Part shown: positions 44,254 to 52,210 of the stretch, in pieces
Layout of the letters: the number at the start of each line of letters is the position of its first letter
How positions within the stretch are numbered: position 1 is the first letter of the stretch
Origin: an uncultured Gemmatimonadaceae bacterium
GTDB taxonomy: Bacteria; Gemmatimonadota; Gemmatimonadetes; Gemmatimonadales; GWC2-71-9
Direction of reading: 5' to 3'
Length of the DNA: 64,000 nucleotides
Assembly: GCA_964465315.1 (NCBI GenBank)
Contig: CAYXIK010000001.1
Coordinates: 172,479-236,478 of the forward strand
Program-made: the position numbers and the translations under genes
Notes under the pieces: model-generated
Databases searched by the model: none
What the model was told of the DNA's origin: nothing
What the model saw: only the letters and a program-made list of their open reading frames with translations

Positions 44254-46425
44254 TCACTGCGGACGAAGGGCGATGCGGTAGAGCAGAACGCCGAGGACCG
44301 CGAACAGCAGGTAGGCGAGCACGCTCGACTGGGCGAGGCCACCCAGCGCGTGGAACAGGGGGACCTTCTCGGCCAGCGCGTCCGCCGAGCCGAGCACGCC
44401 GGCGATCGCCGCGAGCACGATGCCGCAGATCGCGCCGCCCGCGATGAGGCCGCTCGAGAACAGCACTCCCGGTCCGGACTCGACCTCGGCGATCGACTGC
44501 TGCCGGGACTGAGCCCGGCGCTCGATCAGCCACCGGATCACGCCGCCCGCGAACATCGCCGAGGACGTCGAGATCGGGAGGTACACGCCGACCGCTACCG
44601 GCAGGGCCTGCACGCCCATGAGCTCGATCGCGATCGTCACGAACACACCGAGCAGTACGAGCGCCCACGGCAGCTTATGGGTGAGGATGCCGTCGGTGAT
44701 GAGGGCCATGATCGTTGCCTTTGGGGAATCGAGTCGGGGAATCGTTCGGCCTTTGAACTCGTGAATGCGGCCGCCGATGCCCGGATCGACCACATAGCGC
44801 AGCTCATGGGTCGCGGGATCCATCAGGTACTTCCCAGCGGCCACACCCTCGGTGATGACGTACACGCGGACCACCTGGTAGGAGGCGTGGTCCACCGAGT
44901 CGCTGGCCGCGATTTTGAACCCCGACATCGTCTGCGGCAGGATCTCGACCGGCGCGCGGGTGCCGGCCGCCGGCGCCAATGCCTGTGCGCTGAAGGCCGG
45001 ATGCGATTCGGGGACCGGGTACGTGTAGGCGCGGTTGAGTAGCGTGAGAGTCCACCCGACTACCACCGCCGAGCCAAGGGCGCCTACGAGGATCGCCAGC
45101 TGCTGGCGCCGCGGGGTGGAGCCCACGAGGAAACCGGTCTTCAAGTCCTGAGACGTGTTGCCGGCGTTCGCGGTCGCGACCGCTACGACCGCCGCGATCG
45201 AGATCGCTTGAACACGATGGTCCACGCCGGTCCAGCCGATCGCGACGAAAATCAGGCATGTGCCAAGCAGCGCAGCGATGGTCATTCCTGAAATCGGGTT
45301 GGCTGAGGAGCCGATCTGCCCGGTGACGCGCGAGGACACGGTGGCGAAGAAAAACCCGAAGACCACGATCAGGATCGCCCCGAGCAGGTTGACGCCCACC
45401 TGTGGCAGCAGGGCGAGCACGATGGCGAGGGCAACCGAGCCCCCCACGGTGAGAGAGATCGGCAGGTCGTCTTCGGTCCGCAGCCGGGCCACGGCCTGAC
45501 CCATGCGCGAGTCCCGCAGGTCTTTGAGGCTCGAGGCGAAGGAGCTCACGATCGTCGGGAGCGAACGCGCGAGCGCGATGATGCCTGCTGAGGCGACGGC
45601 GCCGGCGCCGATGTAGAACACGAAGCTGGCGCGGATCTCAGCGGGGCTCATGTCGCGGATCAACTTGACGGCGGGAAACCCGAACGGCTCCGTGAGGCCC
45701 GATCCAACCAGCTTAATGGCGGGCGCGAGCACCAGATACGCGAAGCACCCGCCGGCGAACAAGTAGCCGGCGATGCGCGGGCCGATGATGTAGCCCACGC
45801 CCATGAGCTCGGGCGACGTCTCCGTGAACACCGCGGCCCCGGGGTAGAACCCGAGCGCCTTGCCGGGCACGTCCGGCCAGAACTTGAGGCCCGCCTGCAG
45901 GAACTTGTAGACGAAGCCAACGCCAAAGGCCTGGAATACGCGCTTGGCCTGCAGGCCGCGCTCCTCCCCGGCGATGAGCACTTCCGCGCAGGCCGTGCCC
46001 TCCGGGTAAACCAGCGTATCGTGCTCTTTCACGATCAGCGCCCTGCGGAGCGGGATCATCATCAGGATGCCCATCAAGCCCCCGACCGTGGCGAGGACGG
46101 CGACCCGACCGATGTCCAAGTCATAGCCCATCAGGAGGATCGCGGGGATCGTGAACACGACGCCGGCGGCCACGGAATCGCTGGCCGACCCTGTTGTTTG
46201 CACGATGTTGTTTTCGAGGATGGACGTCCGGCCCAGCGCGCGGAAAATCGTAATGGACAGCACCGCGATGGGGATCGAGGAGCTCACGGTGAGCCCGATC
46301 TTGAGGGCGAGGTAAACGCTCGACGCGCTGAAGATCAGCCCGAGCAGAACCCCGAGGATCAGGGCGCGCGCCGTCAGCTCGGGGGGCGACTGCGACGCCG
46401 GGACGTACGGTTGATGGTCGGGCAT
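44254..46425 (-). CDS. OPT-family oligopeptide transporter
   Basis: I trimmed ORF 44254..46767 to ATG 46425. 723 aa and highly polytopic. ELTARALILGVLLGLIFSASSVYLALKIGLTVSSSIP is a hallmark OPT N-terminus. Confidence 0.85.
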   Translation of the reverse strand: MPDHQPYVPASQSPPELTARALILGVLLGLIFSASSVYLALKIGLTVSSSIPIAVLSITIFRALGRTSILENNIVQTTGSASDSVAAGVVFTIPAILLMGYDLDIGRVAVLATVGGLMGILMMIPLRRALIVKEHDTLVYPEGTACAEVLIAGEERGLQAKRVFQAFGVGFVYKFLQAGLKFWPDVPGKALGFYPGAAVFTETSPELMGVGYIIGPRIAGYLFAGGCFAYLVLAPAIKLVGSGLTEPFGFPAVKLIRDMSPAEIRASFVFYIGAGAVASAGIIALARSLPTIVSSFASSLKDLRDSRMGQAVARLRTEDDLPISLTVGGSVALAIVLALLPQVGVNLLGAILIVVFGFFFATVSSRVTGQIGSSANPISGMTIAALLGTCLIFVAIGWTGVDHRVQAISIAAVVAVATANAGNTSQDLKTGFLVGSTPRRQQLAILVGALGSAVVVGWTLTLLNRAYTYPVPESHPAFSAQALAPAAGTRAPVEILPQTMSGFKIAASDSVDHASYQVVRVYVITEGVAAGKYLMDPATHELRYVVDPGIGGRIHEFKGRTIPRLDSPKATIMALITDGILTHKLPWALVLLGVFVTIAIELMGVQALPVAVGVYLPISTSSAMFAGGVIRWLIERRAQSRQQSIAEVESGPGVLFSSGLIAGGAICGIVLAAIAGVLGSADALAEKVPLFHALGGLAQSSVLAYLLFAVLGVLLYRIALRPQ

Positions 46426-46471
46426 AGGGCGGAGAATGTGAAGCTGCACGGCGAAAGGCGGTAGAGGCGCG

Positions 46472-47644
46472 TCACGCCCGTGCCGGACGGGCGTGATGCT
46501 TGACGCGTGCCAGGCGGCGGGAAGCCTCGAGCAACATCTCTTCCGTCTTGCAGAAGGCGAACCGGACCAGCCGCCGACCCAGGTCGGGTCGGCTGAAGAA
46601 GCTCGAGCCGGGCACCGGCGCGACGCCGATCTCCTTCGTGAGCCAGAACGAGAACTCGTCGTCCGGCAGGTCTGAGATTGCCGAGCAATCCGCCAGTATG
46701 TAATACGCCCCCTGGGGCCGTGTGCACGCGAATCCGGCGTCCAGCAGGGCCCGGCAGAGCAGGTCACGCCGCGCGCGGTAGTCGCGGGCCAGGCTGTCGT
46801 AGTAATCCCGACCCAGCGTCTCGAGTCCGACCGCGACCGCCTCCTGGAGCGGTGCCGGTGCGCCGACCGTCAGGAAGTCGTGCACCTTCCGGATGGCGTC
46901 GGTCGCGTCCGGCGGAGCGACGATGGTGCCGATGCGCCACCCGGTCACGCTGAACGTCTTCGACGCCCCGCTGATCGTGATCGTCAAGTCACGCATGCCG
47001 GGCAGCGTAGCGATCGGAACGTGCTCCCCTTCGTAGTAGATGTGCTCGTAAATCTCGTCCGTGACGGCGTAGGCTTCGTGGCGCCGGCATAACTCCGCAA
47101 TCCCCTCGAGCTCGCGTCGGGACAGAACCCGCCCGGTCGGGTTGTTGGGCGTGCATACGATGATCGCCCGGGTGCGTGACGAGAAAGCGGCGGTGAGGCG
47201 ATCGAGATCGAGCTCCCCACCCGTGGGGAGCGGCACGTACACGGGCCTGGCGCTGCAGAGAATCGCGTCGGGGCCGTAGTTCTCGTAGAACGGCTCGAAC
47301 ACGATCACTTCATCGCCGGGGTCGACGATGGCGAGGAGTGCCGAGGCCATCGCCTCGGTGGCCCCGCAGGTGACGGTGATCTCGGTCTCGGGATTCACGC
47401 TCATCCCGTACCACTCCGCGTACTTTCGCGAGAGGGCATCTCGCAGCCGCTTCGCGCCCCAGGTGATGGCGTACTGGTTCACGTCGTCGCGGATCGCGCG
47501 GGCCGCCGCTTCCTTCAGGACGACCGGCGCAGGGAAATTGGGGAACCCCTGGGCCAGGTTGATCGCCCCGTGCTCGGCGGCGAGCCGGGTCATTCCCCGG
47601 ATGACCGACTCCGTGAAGGAGTGTGTGCGTCGGGCGGTATGCAT
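46472..47644 (-). CDS. Class I/II PLP-dependent aminotransferase
   Basis: 390 aa. LAQGFPNFP, TCGATEA, and SGASKTFSVTGWRIG (PLP lysine motif). Confidence 0.9.
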   Translation of the reverse strand: MHTARRTHSFTESVIRGMTRLAAEHGAINLAQGFPNFPAPVVLKEAAARAIRDDVNQYAITWGAKRLRDALSRKYAEWYGMSVNPETEITVTCGATEAMASALLAIVDPGDEVIVFEPFYENYGPDAILCSARPVYVPLPTGGELDLDRLTAAFSSRTRAIIVCTPNNPTGRVLSRRELEGIAELCRRHEAYAVTDEIYEHIYYEGEHVPIATLPGMRDLTITISGASKTFSVTGWRIGTIVAPPDATDAIRKVHDFLTVGAPAPLQEAVAVGLETLGRDYYDSLARDYRARRDLLCRALLDAGFACTRPQGAYYILADCSAISDLPDDEFSFWLTKEIGVAPVPGSSFFSRPDLGRRLVRFAFCKTEEMLLEASRRLARVKHHARPARA

Positions 47645-47665
47645 GGAGTCGGAACTTACAAGCGA

Positions 47666-47694
47666 AAGGCCCCGGCCAAAACGGCCGGGGCCTT
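47666..47694 (-). terminator. Intrinsic-terminator-like hairpin after 47723..48274
   Basis: AAGGCCCCGGCC (47666..47677) and GGCCGGGGCCTT (47683..47694) form a perfect 12-bp GC-rich stem with a 5-nt loop. On the minus strand the hairpin is followed by TTTCGCTTGT. Confidence 0.6.
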
Positions 47695-47722
47695 CATATT
47701 CGCGACTAGGTCCTGCCCGCGG

Positions 47723-48274
47723 TCACGGGCTGAGGTTGCCGAACCAAATGAAGCTGGCGCCGCCCCCGTCGATGAGGGTGATCGTCCAGCCGAAGCCGCC
47801 CGCGCACGCGGGCCCGCTCGTCGGGAACGTCTCGTGCCAGCCGGTCTGCGTCACTTCACAGAGCGTGTACGTGCCGGCCGGAAGACCGGTGAACGAATAA
47901 TTGCCCGATGCATCGGTCACCGCCGTTGCGTTCACCGGGCCGGTGAGTTGCAGGCACCAGTTCTGCAGACCAGGCCATGGCGACGCGTCGACGTACACCT
48001 GCCCGTCGATCGACGCGGTCCCACCGGACGGCGCGGAATTGACGCACGTCGAGCCCGTCTGGGGCGGTGGGGGCGGAGGTGGGGGCGGGGGCGGCGGCGG
48101 GGGCGGCGGCGGGTCCTGAGGCACGCACAGCCCTTGATGAGCATGCGCGGTCCCCTGGGCCGACCGATTGCTGGTGCCCTGGCCGTTGTTACAGGAGCTC
48201 TTGCCAGGCAGCTGCGACACGCCAATCGCCAGCGGCGTGGCCAGCAAGGCAAGCAGGACTATGTAGGCACGCAT
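47723..48274 (-). CDS. Secreted Cys-rich protein with 17-residue polyproline spacer and SdrD-B/Cna-B-like C-terminal domain
   Basis: I trimmed ORF 47723..48379 to ATG 48274. Signal peptide MRAYIVLLALLATPLAIG, C-x15-HAHQGLC module, 17 consecutive Pro codons (48062..48112), then VTDASGNYSFTGLPAGTYTLCEVTQTGW. Confidence 0.65.
   Translation of the reverse strand: MRAYIVLLALLATPLAIGVSQLPGKSSCNNGQGTSNRSAQGTAHAHQGLCVPQDPPPPPPPPPPPPPPPPPQTGSTCVNSAPSGGTASIDGQVYVDASPWPGLQNWCLQLTGPVNATAVTDASGNYSFTGLPAGTYTLCEVTQTGWHETFPTSGPACAGGFGWTITLIDGGGASFIWFGNLSP
48062..48112 (-). repeat. Pro17-coding CCN run (G-tract-rich on the plus strand)
   Basis: I read the codons directly. There are seventeen consecutive NGG triplets on the plus strand in the gene's frame. 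The plus strand shows at least six runs of 3-5 G. Confidence 0.9.
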
Positions 48275-48330
48275 CGACACTCCTAGCTCGTTTTGAGGGC
48301 TGAGGAGGGGCGCTGCGGCCTCAGCGTGAC
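48275..48330 (-). promoter_or_regulatory. Conserved 5' leader block with hairpin (copy A)
   Basis: Long identical runs are shared with 49121..49178 (TCCTAGCTCGTT, GGCTGAGGAGGGG, CGCTGC, CCTCAGCG). GCTGAGG (48299..48305) pairs with CCTCAGC (48319..48325). Confidence 0.45.
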
Positions 48331-48552
48331 TTGCCCAGTGCCGGGGGCGGGAGGACACATCGCTCGCGTTCCCACGCATACCACCGGGCGCCCCGAAGAT
48401 CGCAACAACCGGCCCGGAGGGCTGTGCGACTCGTCACTAATGGCGTAAGCGCAGGTGATAACTACAGTTACACTATCAAATCGGCGCGGCGGGGGCGATA
48501 GTTAGCCTGGCGGCCCTTGTTTGCATCACTGTCGTGACAGCATGAACACATC

Positions 48553-48584
48553 GAGGCCCCGGCGGGAGACTGTACCGGGGCCTC
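48553..48584 (-). terminator. Terminator-like hairpin after 48611..49120
   Basis: GAGGCCCCGG (48553..48562) pairs with CCGGGGCCTC (48575..48584), a 10-bp stem with a 12-nt loop, 27 nt downstream of the stop. The U-tract is weak. Confidence 0.45.
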
Positions 48585-48610
48585 GTGTACCTTTCCGGGT
48601 CCAACCTCAC

Positions 48611-49120
48611 TTACAGCGGCGCATTTACGAACGAGACGAAGCCCGATTCCGAGTTGTCGAACACGCTGATCGTCCAACCGATGCCGGACGGGCACGTAGG
48701 CCCGGAGGTCGGGGAAATCTCTTGGAAGCCGGTTTGGACCTCTTCGCAGACCATGTACGTGCCTGCCGGTAGGCCCGGAACCACGTAGCTGCCCGAGGCG
48801 TCGGTGACGGCCTGTGCCGTGACCGGGCCGCTGACGTCGATGCACCAACCTGCTAGACCTGTGAACGCGACGTCGAGCAGCACCGTCCCCGTAATGGACC
48901 CGGTCCCACCTGAGGGCGGGGACTGCACGCAGCCCGTCGGGGGGGGCGGCGGGGGCGGGGGCTGAGGCGCGCAGAGCCCCTTATGGGCGTGTACCTGCCC
49001 TGAATCCGACCGATTCTCATCGCCGTTGCCGTTGTCACAAGAGCTGTTGCCGGGCATCTGGGACATGCCCAAAGCCAGCGGCGACGCGACCAAGGCGAGG
49101 ACAAAAATGAGGGCTCGCAT
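48611..49120 (-). CDS. Secreted Cys-rich protein with 8-residue polyproline spacer (paralogue of 47723..48274)
   Basis: 169 aa. Signal peptide MRALIFVLALVASPLALG, C-x15-HAHKGLC, Pro8 (48938..48961), then VTDASGSYVVPGLPAGTYMVCEEVQTGF. All six Cys are in the same positions as in the paralogue. Confidence 0.65.
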   Translation of the reverse strand: MRALIFVLALVASPLALGMSQMPGNSSCDNGNGDENRSDSGQVHAHKGLCAPQPPPPPPPPTGCVQSPPSGGTGSITGTVLLDVAFTGLAGWCIDVSGPVTAQAVTDASGSYVVPGLPAGTYMVCEEVQTGFQEISPTSGPTCPSGIGWTISVFDNSESGFVSFVNAPL

Positions 49121-49178
49121 GATACCTCCCTCCTAGCTCGTTAAGGCTGAGGAGGGGGCGCTGCACCCTCAGCGAGAC
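49121..49178 (-). promoter_or_regulatory. Conserved 5' leader block with hairpin (copy B)
   Basis: Homologous to 48275..48330. GCTGAGG (49146..49152) pairs with CCTCAGC (49167..49173). The Shine-Dalgarno AGGAGGGAGG lies directly upstream of the ATG. Confidence 0.45.
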
Positions 49179-49296
49179 GTACCAAAAAGGTCGTTCGCAG
49201 CCACGACGGCAGGCTGTGGGGTGCGTCACAAAATAATTGTAAGAGATTGCGATGCTTGTACTTATGAGTTATCGCTTCGATCTCGCCTCGACGGAC

Positions 49297-49317
49297 GCCG
49301 ACGTCTGACCCGTCGGC
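49297..49317 (-). terminator. Weak hairpin after the acyl-CoA dehydrogenase gene
   Basis: GCCGACG (49297..49303) pairs with CGTCGGC (49311..49317) across a 7-nt loop. There is no clear U-tract. Confidence 0.3.
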
Positions 49318-49330
49318 CTGGCCATCTGCC

Positions 49331-50491
49331 TCATCGCAGGAGCTGCTTCGCAATCGTGTTGAGCTGCATGTTGCTCGTGCCCTCGTAGATTGTCCCGATC
49401 TTCGCGTCGCGATAGAACTTCTCGACCGGGTACTCCTTGGTGTAGCCATAACCGCCGAATAGCTCGACGGCGAGCGACGTCACGTGTTCGGCCACCTGGG
49501 AGGCTAACAGTTTCGCCATCGCCGCCTGCATCGTGTAGGGCTCGCCCGCATCCTCGAGCCGCGCGGCGTTGTACACCATGAGGCGCGCCGCTTCGAGCTC
49601 GGTGGCGGCCTGCGCCAGTTGGAACTGCACCGCCTGGAAATCGCCGATCGGCTTCCCGAACTGCTTGCGCTCCTTCACGTACTTGAGGGCGGCCGTCAAC
49701 GCGCCGCGCGCCACCCCAATCATCTGGGCGCCGATCCCGATCCGGCCTGTGTTCAGCGTCTCGATCGCGACCTTATATCCGATGCCCACCTCTCCCACCA
49801 CGTTCGCGGCAGGAACCTCACACCCGTCGAGGATCAGCTCGCACGTGCTCGACGCCCGGATGCCCAGCTTGTCCTCCTTCTTGCCGACCGAAAAGCCCTT
49901 GAATCCACGCTCGACTGCGAAGGCGGTGATGCCCTTGTAGCCTTTGGCGAAATCGGTGTTGGCGAAAATGATGAAGAGTCCGGCTTCGGCGCCGTTCGTG
50001 ATCCACAGCTTGCGGCCCTCGAGGACCCAGGTGTCGCCGTGCCGGGTGGCACGGGTCTGAAGGCCGAACGCGTCCGAACCCGATTCGGGCTCCGACAGCG
50101 CGTATGCGCCCAATAACGAGGTCGCGAGGCGGGGCAGGTAGCGCCGCCGGAGATCGTCGCTCGCCCACTTACGGAGGAGCGTGTTGACCAGCGTGTTCTG
50201 GACGTCCACGAAGATCGCCACCGAGGCGTCCACGGCCGACAGCTCCTCTACCGCGAGCACGGTCATCAGCAGGTTGCCGCCGGCGCCCCCGAGCGACTCC
50301 GGGATCTCGATCCCCATGAGCCCCAGCTCGAAGCACTGCTGGAGCAGGTCGGGATCTACCGTTGACGCTCTTTCCATGCTCGCGACGCGCGGCCTCACCT
50401 GGCGCTCCGCGAAGCCGCGTACCGTGTCGCGGAACAGCTCTTCCTCTTCGGAGAGCTTCGTGAGGGGGACGGTAGCCGTGATCTCGGGCAT
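49331..50491 (-). CDS. Acyl-CoA dehydrogenase (short/branched-chain type)
   Basis: 386 aa. YALSEPESGSDAF, WITNG, and a C-terminal YEGTSNMQLNTIAK, all hallmark ACAD motifs. Confidence 0.9.
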   Translation of the reverse strand: MPEITATVPLTKLSEEEELFRDTVRGFAERQVRPRVASMERASTVDPDLLQQCFELGLMGIEIPESLGGAGGNLLMTVLAVEELSAVDASVAIFVDVQNTLVNTLLRKWASDDLRRRYLPRLATSLLGAYALSEPESGSDAFGLQTRATRHGDTWVLEGRKLWITNGAEAGLFIIFANTDFAKGYKGITAFAVERGFKGFSVGKKEDKLGIRASSTCELILDGCEVPAANVVGEVGIGYKVAIETLNTGRIGIGAQMIGVARGALTAALKYVKERKQFGKPIGDFQAVQFQLAQAATELEAARLMVYNAARLEDAGEPYTMQAAMAKLLASQVAEHVTSLAVELFGGYGYTKEYPVEKFYRDAKIGTIYEGTSNMQLNTIAKQLLR

Positions 50492-50508
50492 CGGCGTCCG
50501 AATCTAGC

Positions 50509-50922
50509 TTACCGGTCCTTCAGCCGGCGCACGAACTTGAGGCCCGACCACACGTCGTCCACCGCCGCCACCTTCACGTCCACGAGTCCATGCTCGAGCC
50601 CGACCGCTCGGACCACGTCCTCCGTGAGATCCGTCGCCACACCGGACGTTTTCTTGGGCCACGAAATCCACAACATGCCGGCAGGGGTGAGAGACCGGGC
50701 GAGCTTCGCAAACTCGCGCTCCAGTGCCTGCTTCTCACTCGTGAAGAACTGGATGAAGTCGAGCAGGCCGGCCACGCGTAGCGCGCGGTTCACTCGCTGG
50801 GGAAGCTTGCCAAGCGTGCGATCATAACCCTTTGGCGCGTTCAGAATCGCGATGGTCGTGCCGGGCTTGATCCCGAGCTTCTCGACGAGCGGCTTGCCCG
50901 AGTACCCGGCGACCTTCCCCAT
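50509..50922 (-). CDS. DUF3052-like protein
   Basis: 137 aa. The N-terminus GYSGKPLVEKLGIKPGTTIAILNAP and LWISWPKK match my recollection of DUF3052. Confidence 0.6.
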   Translation of the reverse strand: MGKVAGYSGKPLVEKLGIKPGTTIAILNAPKGYDRTLGKLPQRVNRALRVAGLLDFIQFFTSEKQALEREFAKLARSLTPAGMLWISWPKKTSGVATDLTEDVVRAVGLEHGLVDVKVAAVDDVWSGLKFVRRLKDR

Positions 50923-50944
50923 CCTCCCCCGTCCTCCCAGACCT

Positions 50945-52210
50945 TCACTGCGCCTTGTACATCACCCGCCAGATCCGGCCCAATGCATCGTCGGTGATGT
51001 ACAGGGAGCCGTCCGGCCCGACGGCCACGCCGACGGGCCGGTGTTGCGGCCCGACGCCGTCTTGGTGCCAGAACCCCTCGGCAAACGTCTCGTACGTGGT
51101 CGGCCCGACGGGCTTGCCGTCCTTGAACGGGACGAAGACGATGCGGTAGCCCGCCTGCGGCAGCGGGGCCCGGTTCCATGACCCATGGAACGCGACGAAT
51201 GCGCCGCCGCGATACCGGGCGGGGAACTGCGTCCCCCCATAGAATGTCAACCCGTCGGGCGCCCAATGCCCGGGGAACGCGACCGCCGGCTCTTTCTTCT
51301 GCGCGCAGCGCCCGACCTGCTTGCCGTCGCCGCCGTACTCCGGCGCCAGGACGAGGTGGCCAAGCTCCAGGTCGTGATAACAGTACGGCCAGCCGAAGTC
51401 GTCGCCCTCATTCACCCGCAGAAGCTCTTCTGAGGGCTTCTCGGCGTTCTGCTCGTCGTTGAACAGCTTCGGCCAGTTTTGTCCAAGCTGGTCGCGGCCG
51501 TGCTGCGTGGACCAGACCTGGCCGTCCGGTGCGACGGCGAGCCCTACAGCGTTGCGGATACCGGTCGCATAGCGCGCGCTGCTCGCTCCAGTCTGGTTCG
51601 CCTTCGAGGCGTCGAACCGCCAGATGCCTGAGCGAATCGCGAGCTCCGGGCAGGGGTCCCGCCCTGGTGACTCGAGCGTGCGGTCGACGACTTGGCAGGA
51701 GTTCGTCGCCGACCCAAAATTCACGAAGAGTGTCTTGGCGTCGGCCGACAGTGCCAGGTTCTTCGCCGTGTGGTCGCCGTCGCTCGGCAGGTCACGCGCG
51801 ATCACCTGTGGCTCACCGATCGGTGTAAGCTGCCCCGCGTGCATTGGATAGCGGAGCACGGTGGACCGCGTCGCGAAGTACAGGCCGCCCGCTGAGAGCG
51901 CGATTCCGGTGCCGCCCGCGGCGCCGAAATGCACCTCGACGTCCGCCCGGCCGTCCCCCGTCGTGTCGCGCAGCGCGAGGACGCCGCCGGGCCCGCCGCG
52001 CCGATTCTCCAAGGCGACGAACAGGTCCCCGTTGGGCGCGACGGCGAGGTGCCGAGGCGCGCCCACGTTGTCGGCGACCACGACGGCGCAGAATCCCGGT
52101 GGTAGCGTCAGCTCGCCGTTGTCGGCACTGCAGGCTGGCAGACGGTTAAGCGGATAGACGGATAGTGACAGCGCTGCGAGACCCGCCGCAGCGATCGTTT
52201 TGCGCGTCAT
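50945..52210 (-). CDS. PQQ-dependent sugar (glucose/sorbosone) dehydrogenase-like beta-propeller
   Basis: 421 aa with a signal peptide. LPPGFCAVVVADNVGAPRHLAVAPNGDLFVA... and GRIWRV at the C-terminus are typical of soluble GDH/sorbosone dehydrogenase family proteins. Confidence 0.75.
   Translation of the reverse strand: MTRKTIAAAGLAALSLSVYPLNRLPACSADNGELTLPPGFCAVVVADNVGAPRHLAVAPNGDLFVALENRRGGPGGVLALRDTTGDGRADVEVHFGAAGGTGIALSAGGLYFATRSTVLRYPMHAGQLTPIGEPQVIARDLPSDGDHTAKNLALSADAKTLFVNFGSATNSCQVVDRTLESPGRDPCPELAIRSGIWRFDASKANQTGASSARYATGIRNAVGLAVAPDGQVWSTQHGRDQLGQNWPKLFNDEQNAEKPSEELLRVNEGDDFGWPYCYHDLELGHLVLAPEYGGDGKQVGRCAQKKEPAVAFPGHWAPDGLTFYGGTQFPARYRGGAFVAFHGSWNRAPLPQAGYRIVFVPFKDGKPVGPTTYETFAEGFWHQDGVGPQHRPVGVAVGPDGSLYITDDALGRIWRVMYKAQ

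Noticed and set aside
48331-48610. Independent sRNA or small-protein gene in the 336-bp gap between the two polyproline paralogues (including track ORFs 48468..48848 and 48521..48772)
   Set aside because: The region aligns piecewise with the upstream region of the other paralogue, so it is a duplicated promoter/leader. It also contains the upstream gene's terminator hairpin. The track ORFs overlap the real CDS or have junk composition. I cannot exclude a leader-derived sRNA, but nothing specific supports one.
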